IMG/VR virus record: IMGVR_UViG_3300009690_000003 | Origin: a virus | Length of the DNA stretch: 35,898 bases | Direction: 5' to 3' (one strand) | In this document: positions 7,120 through 13,206 of the stretch, piece after piece | Layout of the letters: each line of letters begins with the position of its first letter | Position numbering within the stretch: the first letter of the stretch is position 1 | Notes under the pieces: generated by a model | Told to the model about the DNA's origin: nothing | Databases searched by the model: none | The model's input: the letters and a program-made list of their open reading frames with translations, nothing else | Program-made: the position numbers and the translations under genes

Positions 7120-7530
7120 ATGGAAAAGATTGTGGTGTATGGCATAGAACGATTACGAAACGGTGAGGCCAGGACGATGATGGTGCCGGTTGAGAAGGGT
7201 GACCGGATCGAATGGACGCACCAAGGATTTTTGACCCGGATTTTTCGGGATGATAAACCGCTGCACTGGCTGGGGCAGAGGATCGGGTGGACGCCCGAGG
7301 GCAATGATCTGGTGGTGCTGCACCTGACGGTGGTGCATGAACCCGGGCAGATCCGGCCGGAGGAGCTGGCCGATGAGGGCTTTGAGACGCTTGAAGATTT
7401 ACGAGGGGCGTTTGGATCGGCTTTTGGTGCGGAACGATTATGGAAAGCGGCCTGGCGGATCACCTGTGGGGTGAATCGGATTTTTGTGGAGACGGAGGCA
7501 GCAGATGCGGGGAGCATCCGCAGGCGGTGA
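7120..7530 (+). CDS. Hypothetical protein, possibly ASCH/PUA-like
   Basis: AAGGAG RBS 6 nt before the ATG at 7120. Small beta-rich protein with a C-terminal EELADEGFETLEDLRGAF segment reminiscent of ASCH domains. The assignment is weak. Confidence 0.5.
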   Translation: MEKIVVYGIERLRNGEARTMMVPVEKGDRIEWTHQGFLTRIFRDDKPLHWLGQRIGWTPEGNDLVVLHLTVVHEPGQIRPEELADEGFETLEDLRGAFGSAFGAERLWKAAWRITCGVNRIFVETEAADAGSIRRR

Positions 7531-7604
7531 TCTTTACGCTGCGGACGGGGAGCGCGGACTTCAGCCAGTGGCTGGTGACGGACCGGCAAAAGGGGGGCGG
7601 GCGG

Positions 7605-7832
7605 ATGAGCTGCCGGACTGTGAATGAAGGCCGGGTGTGGCGGCTGGTTGACGGGGAAGGTCCGTTTGCCATCCCGACTAGAGAGGCGATGGAGACGCCC
7701 GAAGAAAAGGATGTGTTTGAGGCGCTGGGGGTGGATTGGGTGCCGGTTGAAAAGCGGGATAGGGGGTATTGGAGAAGGACCGGAGACGGGAGACCGAAAA
7801 CGGAAAAAGAAAAAGCGAGGGATTATGTGTGA
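7605..7832 (+). CDS. Hypothetical small protein
   Basis: The ATG at 7605 is preceded by AAAAGGGGGG. 75 aa with a basic C-terminus. Confidence 0.45.
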   Translation: MSCRTVNEGRVWRLVDGEGPFAIPTREAMETPEEKDVFEALGVDWVPVEKRDRGYWRRTGDGRPKTEKEKARDYV

Positions 7833-8073
7833 AATGAGAGAAAAGCTGTTTGAGTTTATAGTGGATTATAAGTCGACGCACGATGGGAACAGTCCGACGT
7901 ACCGGGAAATGATGCTGGGGACGGGGCTTACGACGACGAGCATGGTTGCTTATCACCTGGAGAAGCTGGAGGATGAAGGCAAGATCGCCCGCCCGCAGCA
8001 AGTGGGGAACATCCGGGTTATCGAGGTGGTGGGCGGGTGTTGGTATCCGCCAGATATGTATGGAGCTGCATAA
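7825..8073 (+). CDS. LexA-N-terminal-like winged-helix DNA-binding protein (DNA-binding domain only)
   Basis: KLFEFIVDYKSTHDGNSPTYREMMLGTGLTTTSMVAYHLEKLEDEGKIARP matches the LexA DNA-binding-domain pattern. No peptidase S24 domain follows. Confidence 0.65.
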   Translation: MCEMREKLFEFIVDYKSTHDGNSPTYREMMLGTGLTTTSMVAYHLEKLEDEGKIARPQQVGNIRVIEVVGGCWYPPDMYGAA

Positions 8074-8567
8074 TGGCAGGAGATAACGGTGTGGTTGTGC
8101 TGGAGGATACGTTGAACCACGAGTGCTGGCGGCGGGTGCACTTTTTGAGCGGTGATGAGCGTGCTTTTCAGAAGGCATGGGATCAACGGCTGGTTTCGAT
8201 CCCATGGGAGAGCGCGGATGCGGTGATCACCCAGCGATATACCGAGGCCGGGATCCAGCACGGGGTGATCCTGTGGCCGCTGCGGGGGCAGATCGTGAAG
8301 TATGAAAACCTTGTAAATATTATCAAAGACCAATGCGTGGTGATTTGGGTGCTTTTTAAAAGGGATGACCGTGTGAGCACTGCGGTGAAGACCTGCGCCT
8401 GGTATTACTATGCGTTTTATGATGTTTGGCCGGACACGGCCTGGATCGGGGCGGACATGGCGGTGCATGATGGGAAGACGGTGGATGTAGACGGGCATGT
8501 GATCACCCTGGTTCTGGCAGATTGGATGGCGAAGATGGGTGTGGGTTTAGGCATAGCTGATAGCTGA
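8073..8567 (+). CDS. Hypothetical protein
   Basis: TAATG stop/start overlap with the upstream gene. The C-terminus runs into the heptamer repeat (GIADS). Confidence 0.55.
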   Translation: MAGDNGVVVLEDTLNHECWRRVHFLSGDERAFQKAWDQRLVSIPWESADAVITQRYTEAGIQHGVILWPLRGQIVKYENLVNIIKDQCVVIWVLFKRDDRVSTAVKTCAWYYYAFYDVWPDTAWIGADMAVHDGKTVDVDGHVITLVLADWMAKMGVGLGIADS

Positions 8568-8576
8568 AAGCTGAAA
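8556..8576. repeat. GCTGAWA heptamer tandem array (3 units)
   Basis: GCTGATA GCTGAAA GCTGAAA spans the stop codon of 8073-8567. Confidence 0.8.
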
Positions 8577-8585
8577 GGATAGAAA

Positions 8586-8699
8586 ATGAGCTGGTGGATG
8601 TGGATGGTAATTGGGATGATGATCGGGGCGTGTGTTGGCTTATTAATGTCGGCGATGTGCGGTGCAGCTGCTGTGGGAAGGCAGCGTGATGATGGATGA
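8586..8699 (+). CDS. Mini membrane protein (37 aa)
   Basis: MSWWMWMVIGMMIGACVGLLMSAMCGAAAVGRQRDDG. AAAGGA RBS. One TM helix. Confidence 0.45.
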   Translation: MSWWMWMVIGMMIGACVGLLMSAMCGAAAVGRQRDDG

Positions 8700-8802
8700 G
8701 CTGGCAGGTGTGGCCCTGGTTGTGATTTTGGCAGCGGCGGGTTTTTACCCGCTGTGGATGGTTGTACAGGTTATTATAGAGAATGGATCATATGATGGAT
8801 AA
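8689..8802 (+). CDS. Mini membrane protein (37 aa)
   Basis: MMDELAGVALVVILAAAGFYPLWMVVQVIIENGSYDG. Overlaps its neighbours at both ends (translational coupling). Confidence 0.4.
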   Translation: MMDELAGVALVVILAAAGFYPLWMVVQVIIENGSYDG

Positions 8803-9100
8803 AAAATATCAAGCGTTGATGCTGCAGGACCATATTGTGCGGATCCAGACGAACCCGCTGTTTGCGGAGCGCGATTCACGGTTGGCTGAGGCGAAGCGGC
8901 ATTTGGAGCAGGTGTGGCTGATGCTGGATGCGTACCGGAAGAAGCCGCCCAGGTGGGTGATTGTGGTGGACGGCGGCACGGTGATTGGCAAGGGGGTGGT
9001 GACGGCGATGAGCGGCGAGATGGCGTGCGTGCGGATGGACAACGGGGAGATATTGAAGGTGGACATCAACCAGGTGGATTTGGTGGAGGTGGAGAGATGA
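8783..9100 (+). CDS. Hypothetical protein
   Basis: 105-aa ORF with an ATGA overlap with the next gene. The C-terminal half is beta-rich (KOW/SH3-like appearance). Confidence 0.55.
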   Translation: MDHMMDKKYQALMLQDHIVRIQTNPLFAERDSRLAEAKRHLEQVWLMLDAYRKKPPRWVIVVDGGTVIGKGVVTAMSGEMACVRMDNGEILKVDINQVDLVEVER

Positions 9101-9459
9101 AATATTTTGCAATACGCCCTGTAAGGGGCATAACTCAAGAGTATGCTGATGCAATCGAGTTGCAACTTGAAACAATCAGAAAAGAAGGACATGAAATCTA
9201 CGACCCGATTAAAGACACAAATCAACTTGACTCTATTGGGTTGAGAATTTGCAATGACAATCGCAGGGCAATAGAAGACTGTGATGCCGTGTTGTTTTTG
9301 TGGGACGGCAAATCTACAGGATGCTTATTTGATTTGGGCATGGCGTTTGCTTTACGTAAGTCGGTAAGAACCGTTGTCGGGTACATGCCACGTATGACAA
9401 ATGGAAAATCATTTCAAAATATGGTTTTTGCGTGGGAAGAATTTGAGAATAAGCTATGA
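9097..9459 (+). CDS. Nucleoside 2-deoxyribosyltransferase-like protein
   Basis: MKYFAIRPVRG at the N-terminus and DAVLFLWDGKSTGCLFDLGMAFAL resemble the NDT / DUF4406-type Rossmann signature. First gene of an AT-rich island. Confidence 0.5.
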   Translation: MKYFAIRPVRGITQEYADAIELQLETIRKEGHEIYDPIKDTNQLDSIGLRICNDNRRAIEDCDAVLFLWDGKSTGCLFDLGMAFALRKSVRTVVGYMPRMTNGKSFQNMVFAWEEFENKL

Positions 9460-9584
9460 ATGACATAATCTTTATGATGATTTACCTGGCGTGGCTTTTT
9501 TATGAAACGATTGCCGAGCAGTTAGCTTATCGGAAGATGAGGAAAAACAAGGACTTGTTCTACAAGTATCTAATGATGAGATAG
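9456..9584 (+). CDS. Mini membrane protein (42 aa)
   Basis: MNDIIFMMIYLAWLFYETIAEQ... ATGA overlap with the upstream stop. Confidence 0.4.
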   Translation: MNDIIFMMIYLAWLFYETIAEQLAYRKMRKNKDLFYKYLMMR

Positions 9585-9597
9585 AAGGCGAGGAGTG

Positions 9598-9702
9598 ATG
9601 AATAAATTTCATTCAAGGCGTGAATTGATTTCACCGCCGCCGAAAGCGAGTGAGCAAAGGTTTTCAGTGGCAAATAGAACCTTAGACACAAGGAGTGAGT
9701 GA
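9598..9702 (+). CDS. Hypothetical 34-aa peptide
   Basis: The ORF ends in a TGATG overlap with the next gene's ATG. The RBS spacing is poor. Confidence 0.3.
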   Translation: MNKFHSRRELISPPPKASEQRFSVANRTLDTRSE

Positions 9703-9953
9703 TGGAAGCCGAAATTAGGTCTGTTCAGTATGTTTGCGGTTTAGATGACGAACAAATTGTCAGAGTCTACCTGGATTGGCTTTGTAGGGAAAAGGGTTTT
9801 GGACCTCTGATGATTACACAAACGATGGAGCCTGGACAGATGCCAACTTTTCATATCGACAACGAGATGATGGACAAAGATTTTATCAAACAGGTACTGT
9901 GTTCGATAGTAGATAAGGCGAAATTAGAAAGCGATCCTACCAATGAAACGTAA
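9702..9953 (+). CDS. Hypothetical protein
   Basis: AAGGAG RBS 6 nt before the ATG at 9702. AT-rich island. Confidence 0.55.
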   Translation: MEAEIRSVQYVCGLDDEQIVRVYLDWLCREKGFGPLMITQTMEPGQMPTFHIDNEMMDKDFIKQVLCSIVDKAKLESDPTNET

Positions 9954-10203
9954 GTTCTACAAAACCCTACTTACTTTTATCGCTGGCATCCTTGTTGGCG
10001 TAACCTGCACATTTTTGTACCAGGTATTCGGACGACCCGTGATGCCCGAAGTGGAAAAGTGTAAACTAAACTTTAAGGTGGATTATGACAAGATGGCGCG
10101 GGTGATTTTGGATGCGCCGGTGAAGCGGTGGGCAGAACCTAATTTGTGGCCGGGATTGGAAGTTAAGCTGTTGGGCGTCTATGACAAAAAGGACAAATTA
10201 TGA
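9943..10203 (+). CDS. Hypothetical membrane-anchored protein
   Basis: N-terminal TM helix (LLTFIAGILVGVTCTFLYQVF). Overlaps the neighbouring genes. Confidence 0.55.
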   Translation: MKRKFYKTLLTFIAGILVGVTCTFLYQVFGRPVMPEVEKCKLNFKVDYDKMARVILDAPVKRWAEPNLWPGLEVKLLGVYDKKDKL

Positions 10204-10490
10204 TGGATGAAATGCGGGTATGGACGTGTGAAAACGGGCATGTGCTGGGGCTGGTGCGGCGGAACGGCCGTGGGATCACGCAGCTGTTGGTGTACCGGCA
10301 AGCAGTGGATATGGCGGCGGAGGAGCCGCAGGCGCCGGAGGTGATGAGCATTGCCGAGGGGACGGTGGTGGACATCCGCTGCAGCGTGTGTGATGCGATG
10401 CGGACGTGGGTGACCGGTGAAGCTGCGATGGTGCGGTTATTGGAGAGCAGACCGGGGATCGGGCATACACCCCCCTGTAGTCCCCCCTAA
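10200..10490 (+). CDS. Hypothetical zinc-ribbon-like protein
   Basis: WTCENGH...RCSVCD (C/H ... CxxC). The stop codon TAA is the loop of the hairpin repeat at 10480-10499. Confidence 0.55.
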   Translation: MMDEMRVWTCENGHVLGLVRRNGRGITQLLVYRQAVDMAAEEPQAPEVMSIAEGTVVDIRCSVCDAMRTWVTGEAAMVRLLESRPGIGHTPPCSPP

Positions 10491-10499
10491 AGGGGGGAC
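10471..10499. repeat. C-rich hairpin repeat (CCTCCCC-TAAA-GGGGAGG family), copy 1
   Basis: GTCCCCCC TAAA GGGGGGAC preceded by a CCCCC half-repeat. Confidence 0.8.
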
Positions 10500-10514
10500 G
10501 GGGTGAAGCTGAGC

Positions 10515-10543
10515 TTGACACTGCCCAGTTAAGGTGATAGAAT
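10515..10543 (+). promoter_or_regulatory. Sigma70-type promoter
   Basis: TTGACA 10515-10520, 17-nt spacer, TAGAAT 10538-10543. Confidence 0.6.
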
Positions 10544-10549
10544 GGAAGC

Positions 10550-10700
10550 AGTTGAGCTACCAATTCTTTTGAGCGAGCTTTGTTTTTAAGAGCCGTTCTA
10601 CAATTAAATCAATTGTGGACAAAGGTCCGCAGTGTGGCTAAAAGTATCGCTCAGAGTTGGTAGCTCCGGCGGCTCGAAAGCCCACTGCGGTCTTTTGTTA
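10550..10700 (+). ncRNA. Structured leader / candidate cis-regulatory RNA upstream of 10721-11053
   Basis: Helix GAGCTACCAA (10554-10563) with TTGGTAGCTC (10657-10666). Helix TGAGCGA (10570-10576) with TCGCTCA (10647-10653). A competing or pseudoknotted stem CCGCAGTG (10627-10634) with CACTGCGG (10683-10690) is followed by TCTTTTGTT. Confidence 0.45.
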
Positions 10701-10720
10701 TCTGATAAAGGAGTTACCAA

Positions 10721-11053
10721 ATGAACGAGCAAATGATTAACAATGAAGGTCTTGAAATGGGGGAGGGAAGCGGTTATAATGGAACGGATGTTCTATTTAG
10801 CGAGGGAGGGACGATGACGAAGATGACCGCAACGTATCCGGAGGAGTATGTGCAGGAGATGGCGATGGAGGCGTTTGATGCGGTAATGGTTCGGCTGAAA
10901 TCACATGGCGATGCCGAGGTGCGGATGTTGGCTCAGGCGGCGGATGCGTATTTTTTGCTGTGGCAGCTGGCGGGCGAGGAGACGGCGATTGCGACACAGA
11001 CGATCGGGGAGTATTTACCGATGCTGATCAGGGTGATAGCGGATAGGGAGTAG
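10721..11053 (+). CDS. Hypothetical acidic protein
   Basis: AAAGGAG RBS. 110-aa helical acidic protein. Confidence 0.6.
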   Translation: MNEQMINNEGLEMGEGSGYNGTDVLFSEGGTMTKMTATYPEEYVQEMAMEAFDAVMVRLKSHGDAEVRMLAQAADAYFLLWQLAGEETAIATQTIGEYLPMLIRVIADRE

Positions 11054-11117
11054 CTGATAGGTGGTGGCTGGCTCGAATAGGCTGTCGATTGACAGGGAGA
11101 CTGGGGTGATGTAAGTT
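11052..11117 (+). promoter_or_regulatory. Promoter module A (duplicate of 12165-12230)
   Basis: Aligns without gaps to 12165-12230, with the first 42 nt 38/42 identical. TTGACA 11089-11094, 17-nt spacer, TAAGTT 11112-11117. Confidence 0.55.
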
Positions 11118-11123
11118 TAGATT

Positions 11124-11210
11124 GTCAGGCACGACACGTGGTTTTCCTCCTTCGAGACTCCTTTTACTCTTTTGGACGCAAGGCCCCCGAGTGATCGGGG
11201 GTCTTGTGGG
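11124..11210 (+). ncRNA. Candidate small RNA (promoter-to-terminator unit without an ORF)
   Basis: Bounded by promoter module A and hairpin 11180-11205. No ATG and no RBS. Contains UUCCUCCUU and ACUCCUUUU (anti-Shine-Dalgarno-like) stretches. Confidence 0.4.
11180..11205 (+). terminator. Hairpin terminator A (33-nt repeat shared with 12126-12159)
   Basis: AAGGCCCCCGA GTGA TCGGGGGTCTT forms an 11-bp stem with a T-rich 3' side. It differs from copy B only in the loop. Confidence 0.55.
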
Positions 11211-11271
11211 TTAAGAATAGAACATATTATAGAACATAACATTAGAGTTTCCCTATAATCGAAAAATGGTA

Positions 11272-11300
11272 TTGACAAGCGTATAGTAATTTGCTATACT
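11272..11300 (+). promoter_or_regulatory. Strong sigma70-type promoter with overlapping palindrome
   Basis: TTGACA 11272-11277, 17-nt spacer, TATACT 11295-11300. GTATAGT repeats and the TATAC-TAT-GTATA palindrome overlap the -10. TAGAACATA direct repeats lie at 11218 and 11230. Confidence 0.65.
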
Positions 11301-11332
11301 ATGTATAGTGAGCATATAGATGAGGAGAAAAC

Positions 11333-11740
11333 ATGAACATCATAGTGAAAAACCGAGACACCAACGATTTTTATAGGACCGCCAGTGTAAGATCGCTCAA
11401 TACGCTCGAGGACGGATATGGCAAGTATTTTGATAATCGCGATATCAACAAAATCATTAATGCAAAAGAGGTTACTTTGCCCTCAGAGCAGTATGCTGCA
11501 GCCCTGGCATATGACACAAAGCATGGGCACATTATCAACGAAGTGATTCAACCTCCAACCACAACACAGACTCACTGGCGTGACGAGCCAGCCACCAGCC
11601 GACAGTATGGCTATATTCGCAGTCTGGGTTATGACGTTGAGGAAAAATTAACCAAGGGCGAAGCCAGCAGGTTGATCGATATGATCAAGGCTGGAGAAGC
11701 TGGCAGCCTCAACCTAATGCGATACGATGGGGCCTACTAA
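11333..11740 (+). CDS. Hypothetical protein (AT-rich cassette, gene 1)
   Basis: GAGGAG RBS. 135 aa. C-terminal PATSRQYGYIRSLGY...LTKGEASRLIDMIK motif. Confidence 0.65.
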   Translation: MNIIVKNRDTNDFYRTASVRSLNTLEDGYGKYFDNRDINKIINAKEVTLPSEQYAAALAYDTKHGHIINEVIQPPTTTQTHWRDEPATSRQYGYIRSLGYDVEEKLTKGEASRLIDMIKAGEAGSLNLMRYDGAY

Positions 11741-11741
11741 G

Positions 11742-12098
11742 ATGACAAAAAAAACTTCGGTAGCATACAGGATCAGCGAGCAAGCGTTGGAGAGCTTAGA
11801 GATCATCACCCAGGCAACTGGCATCACAAAAACCGCTGCAGTGGAGATGGCACTGGCGGTGTTAGCAAATCAACTAAAAGGAGATACGCAAATGGCACAC
11901 AATCGCAGGCGATGGTTAGAGCAAAAGTTTTTTGATCTTCAGGTTGGCGATTTTGAGGAGATGGGCGATTTAACAGATGATCAGCTGGAAAGCCTGATCC
12001 GCGAAATTGAGCCGTTGTTAGAGAAATATCCTGATGGTGTTGAATCTAACGAGTTTATGGGTGAACTGGAGGTGTTGGTTAATTCGTACATTGAATGA
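11742..12098 (+). CDS. Ribbon-helix-helix (CopG/Arc-like) DNA-binding protein (AT-rich cassette, gene 2)
   Basis: The N-terminus SVAYRISEQALESLEIITQATGITKTAAVEMALAVLANQL fits a beta-alpha-alpha RHH pattern. The ATG lies 1 nt after the upstream stop. Confidence 0.6.
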   Translation: MTKKTSVAYRISEQALESLEIITQATGITKTAAVEMALAVLANQLKGDTQMAHNRRRWLEQKFFDLQVGDFEEMGDLTDDQLESLIREIEPLLEKYPDGVESNEFMGELEVLVNSYIE

Positions 12099-12127
12099 GC
12101 GAGAAAGCAAAAAAAGCGATTACTCAC

Positions 12128-12153
12128 AAGGCCCCCGAGCGATCGGGGGTCTT
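12128..12153 (+). terminator. Hairpin terminator B (copy of 11180-11205)
   Basis: AAGGCCCCCGA GCGA TCGGGGGTCTT, about 30 nt after the stop of 11742-12098. Confidence 0.55.
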
Positions 12154-12164
12154 GTGGGTGTATC

Positions 12165-12230
12165 AGCTGGTAGGGGGTGGCTGGTTCGAATGGGCTGTCG
12201 ATTGACGCGGGTGTGGGGATGTTTTAAACT
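12165..12230 (+). promoter_or_regulatory. Promoter module B (putative late promoter)
   Basis: Copy of 11052-11117. TTGACG 12202-12207, 17-nt spacer, TAAACT 12225-12230. It precedes the holin-terminase-structural gene string. Confidence 0.55.
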
Positions 12231-12353
12231 ATAGTTGCAGGTCCGATGCAGTTCGGACCACGACAGGAGATGAGCGCCCTGTCACCGGCGGTGGTTTGCC
12301 CTCTACGGTCCCCCCGACGCCCCGGTGGCAGTGGGTTTTTGTATAAGGATAGA

Positions 12354-12388
12354 TATCAGGTATCAGGTATCAGGTATCAGGTATTGGG
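12354..12388. repeat. TATCAGG heptamer tandem array (4 exact units plus 1 degenerate)
   Basis: TATCAGG x4 then TATTGGG, directly upstream of the holin-like gene RBS. Confidence 0.9.
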
Positions 12389-12402
12389 AAAGGAAAAGAA
12401 AC

Positions 12403-12756
12403 ATGGAAGGGTTATTGGGTTTTGTTGAACAGTTGATGGCGCTGGGCGGGTTTGCGGCTTTGATCGCGGTGGTGATCAATGTGCTGAAGACGTTGGGCGT
12501 GGTGAAGGACGGCCAGGCGGGGGTCTGGGCATCCGGCCTCAACCTGGCGGGATTGATCGGGCTGTTTGTGGCCGGGATCGTGGCGCCGGAGTTCGAGGTG
12601 GCCGGTTTGGATGCTACCCTGGCGCAGATCGCTGAGATTTTGAGCTTGATTTTTGCCTTTATTATACAGAATTGGGTTTCCAAAGGCACACATGTCGTGT
12701 TTTCAGGCGGCAAGGTTCCAGTGATCGGCAAGTCACACTCTGACGGCCCGTTCTAA
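12403..12756 (+). CDS. Holin-like membrane protein
   Basis: AAAGGAAAAG RBS. Hydrophobic segments FAALIAVVINVLKTLGVVKDGQAG and LAGLIGLFVAGIVAP resemble phi-LC3-type holins. Confidence 0.55.
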   Translation: MEGLLGFVEQLMALGGFAALIAVVINVLKTLGVVKDGQAGVWASGLNLAGLIGLFVAGIVAPEFEVAGLDATLAQIAEILSLIFAFIIQNWVSKGTHVVFSGGKVPVIGKSHSDGPF

Positions 12757-12759
12757 GCG

Positions 12760-13206
12760 ATGCCAGTCTGGCTGCAATTGGTGGGGATGTTGTTGACCGG
12801 CAGTTTGCTGACTGCGGCGTTTAACGCGTGGGCGAACCGCCAGAAATACAATGCGGAGGTCTCAAAGATTTTTGCGGAGACGGCAGGCCAGCTGGTGGAG
12901 CAATCCAACGAGCAGATGGATGATCTTCGGAAACAATTTGGTGAATTGAAGCGTGAGAATGGCGGCCTGGTATGTGAAATCGGCCGGTTGGAGGGGAAGA
13001 TCGACCGCCTGGAGAGGGAGCTCACGCAGAAGAACATAGAGGCGAACACTATGCAAGACGAAATCCGAAATCTGCGCAGGGAGCTGGCGGAAAAAGACCG
13101 CGAGATCGAGGCACTGGAGAGTGAAAACACCGAGCTGAAGGTGCGGGTGAGCGAGCTGGAGCGGCGATTAGAGGAACTGGTTAAAGACCGTGATCAGGAA
13201 AAATGA
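12760..13206 (+). CDS. Membrane-anchored coiled-coil protein
   Basis: N-terminal TM helix followed by long heptad-like E/R/L-rich sequence. May be lysis-associated. Confidence 0.55.
   Translation: MPVWLQLVGMLLTGSLLTAAFNAWANRQKYNAEVSKIFAETAGQLVEQSNEQMDDLRKQFGELKRENGGLVCEIGRLEGKIDRLERELTQKNIEANTMQDEIRNLRRELAEKDREIEALESENTELKVRVSELERRLEELVKDRDQEK

Noticed and set aside
11124-11180. Minus-strand mini-ORF (GAAGGAGGA RBS then GTG TCG TGC CTG ACA ATC TAA) inside the candidate sRNA region.
   Set aside because: It is only 6 codons long. The apparent RBS is simply the complement of the CCUCC tract. No functional inference is possible.
12034-12428. Small ORFs 12034-12234, 12246-12428 and the 5' part of 12325-12756.
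   Set aside because: They run across the terminator hairpin, the promoter module and the heptamer array (translated as YQVSGIRYQV). The holin-like protein starts at the ATG at 12403, which has a proper RBS.
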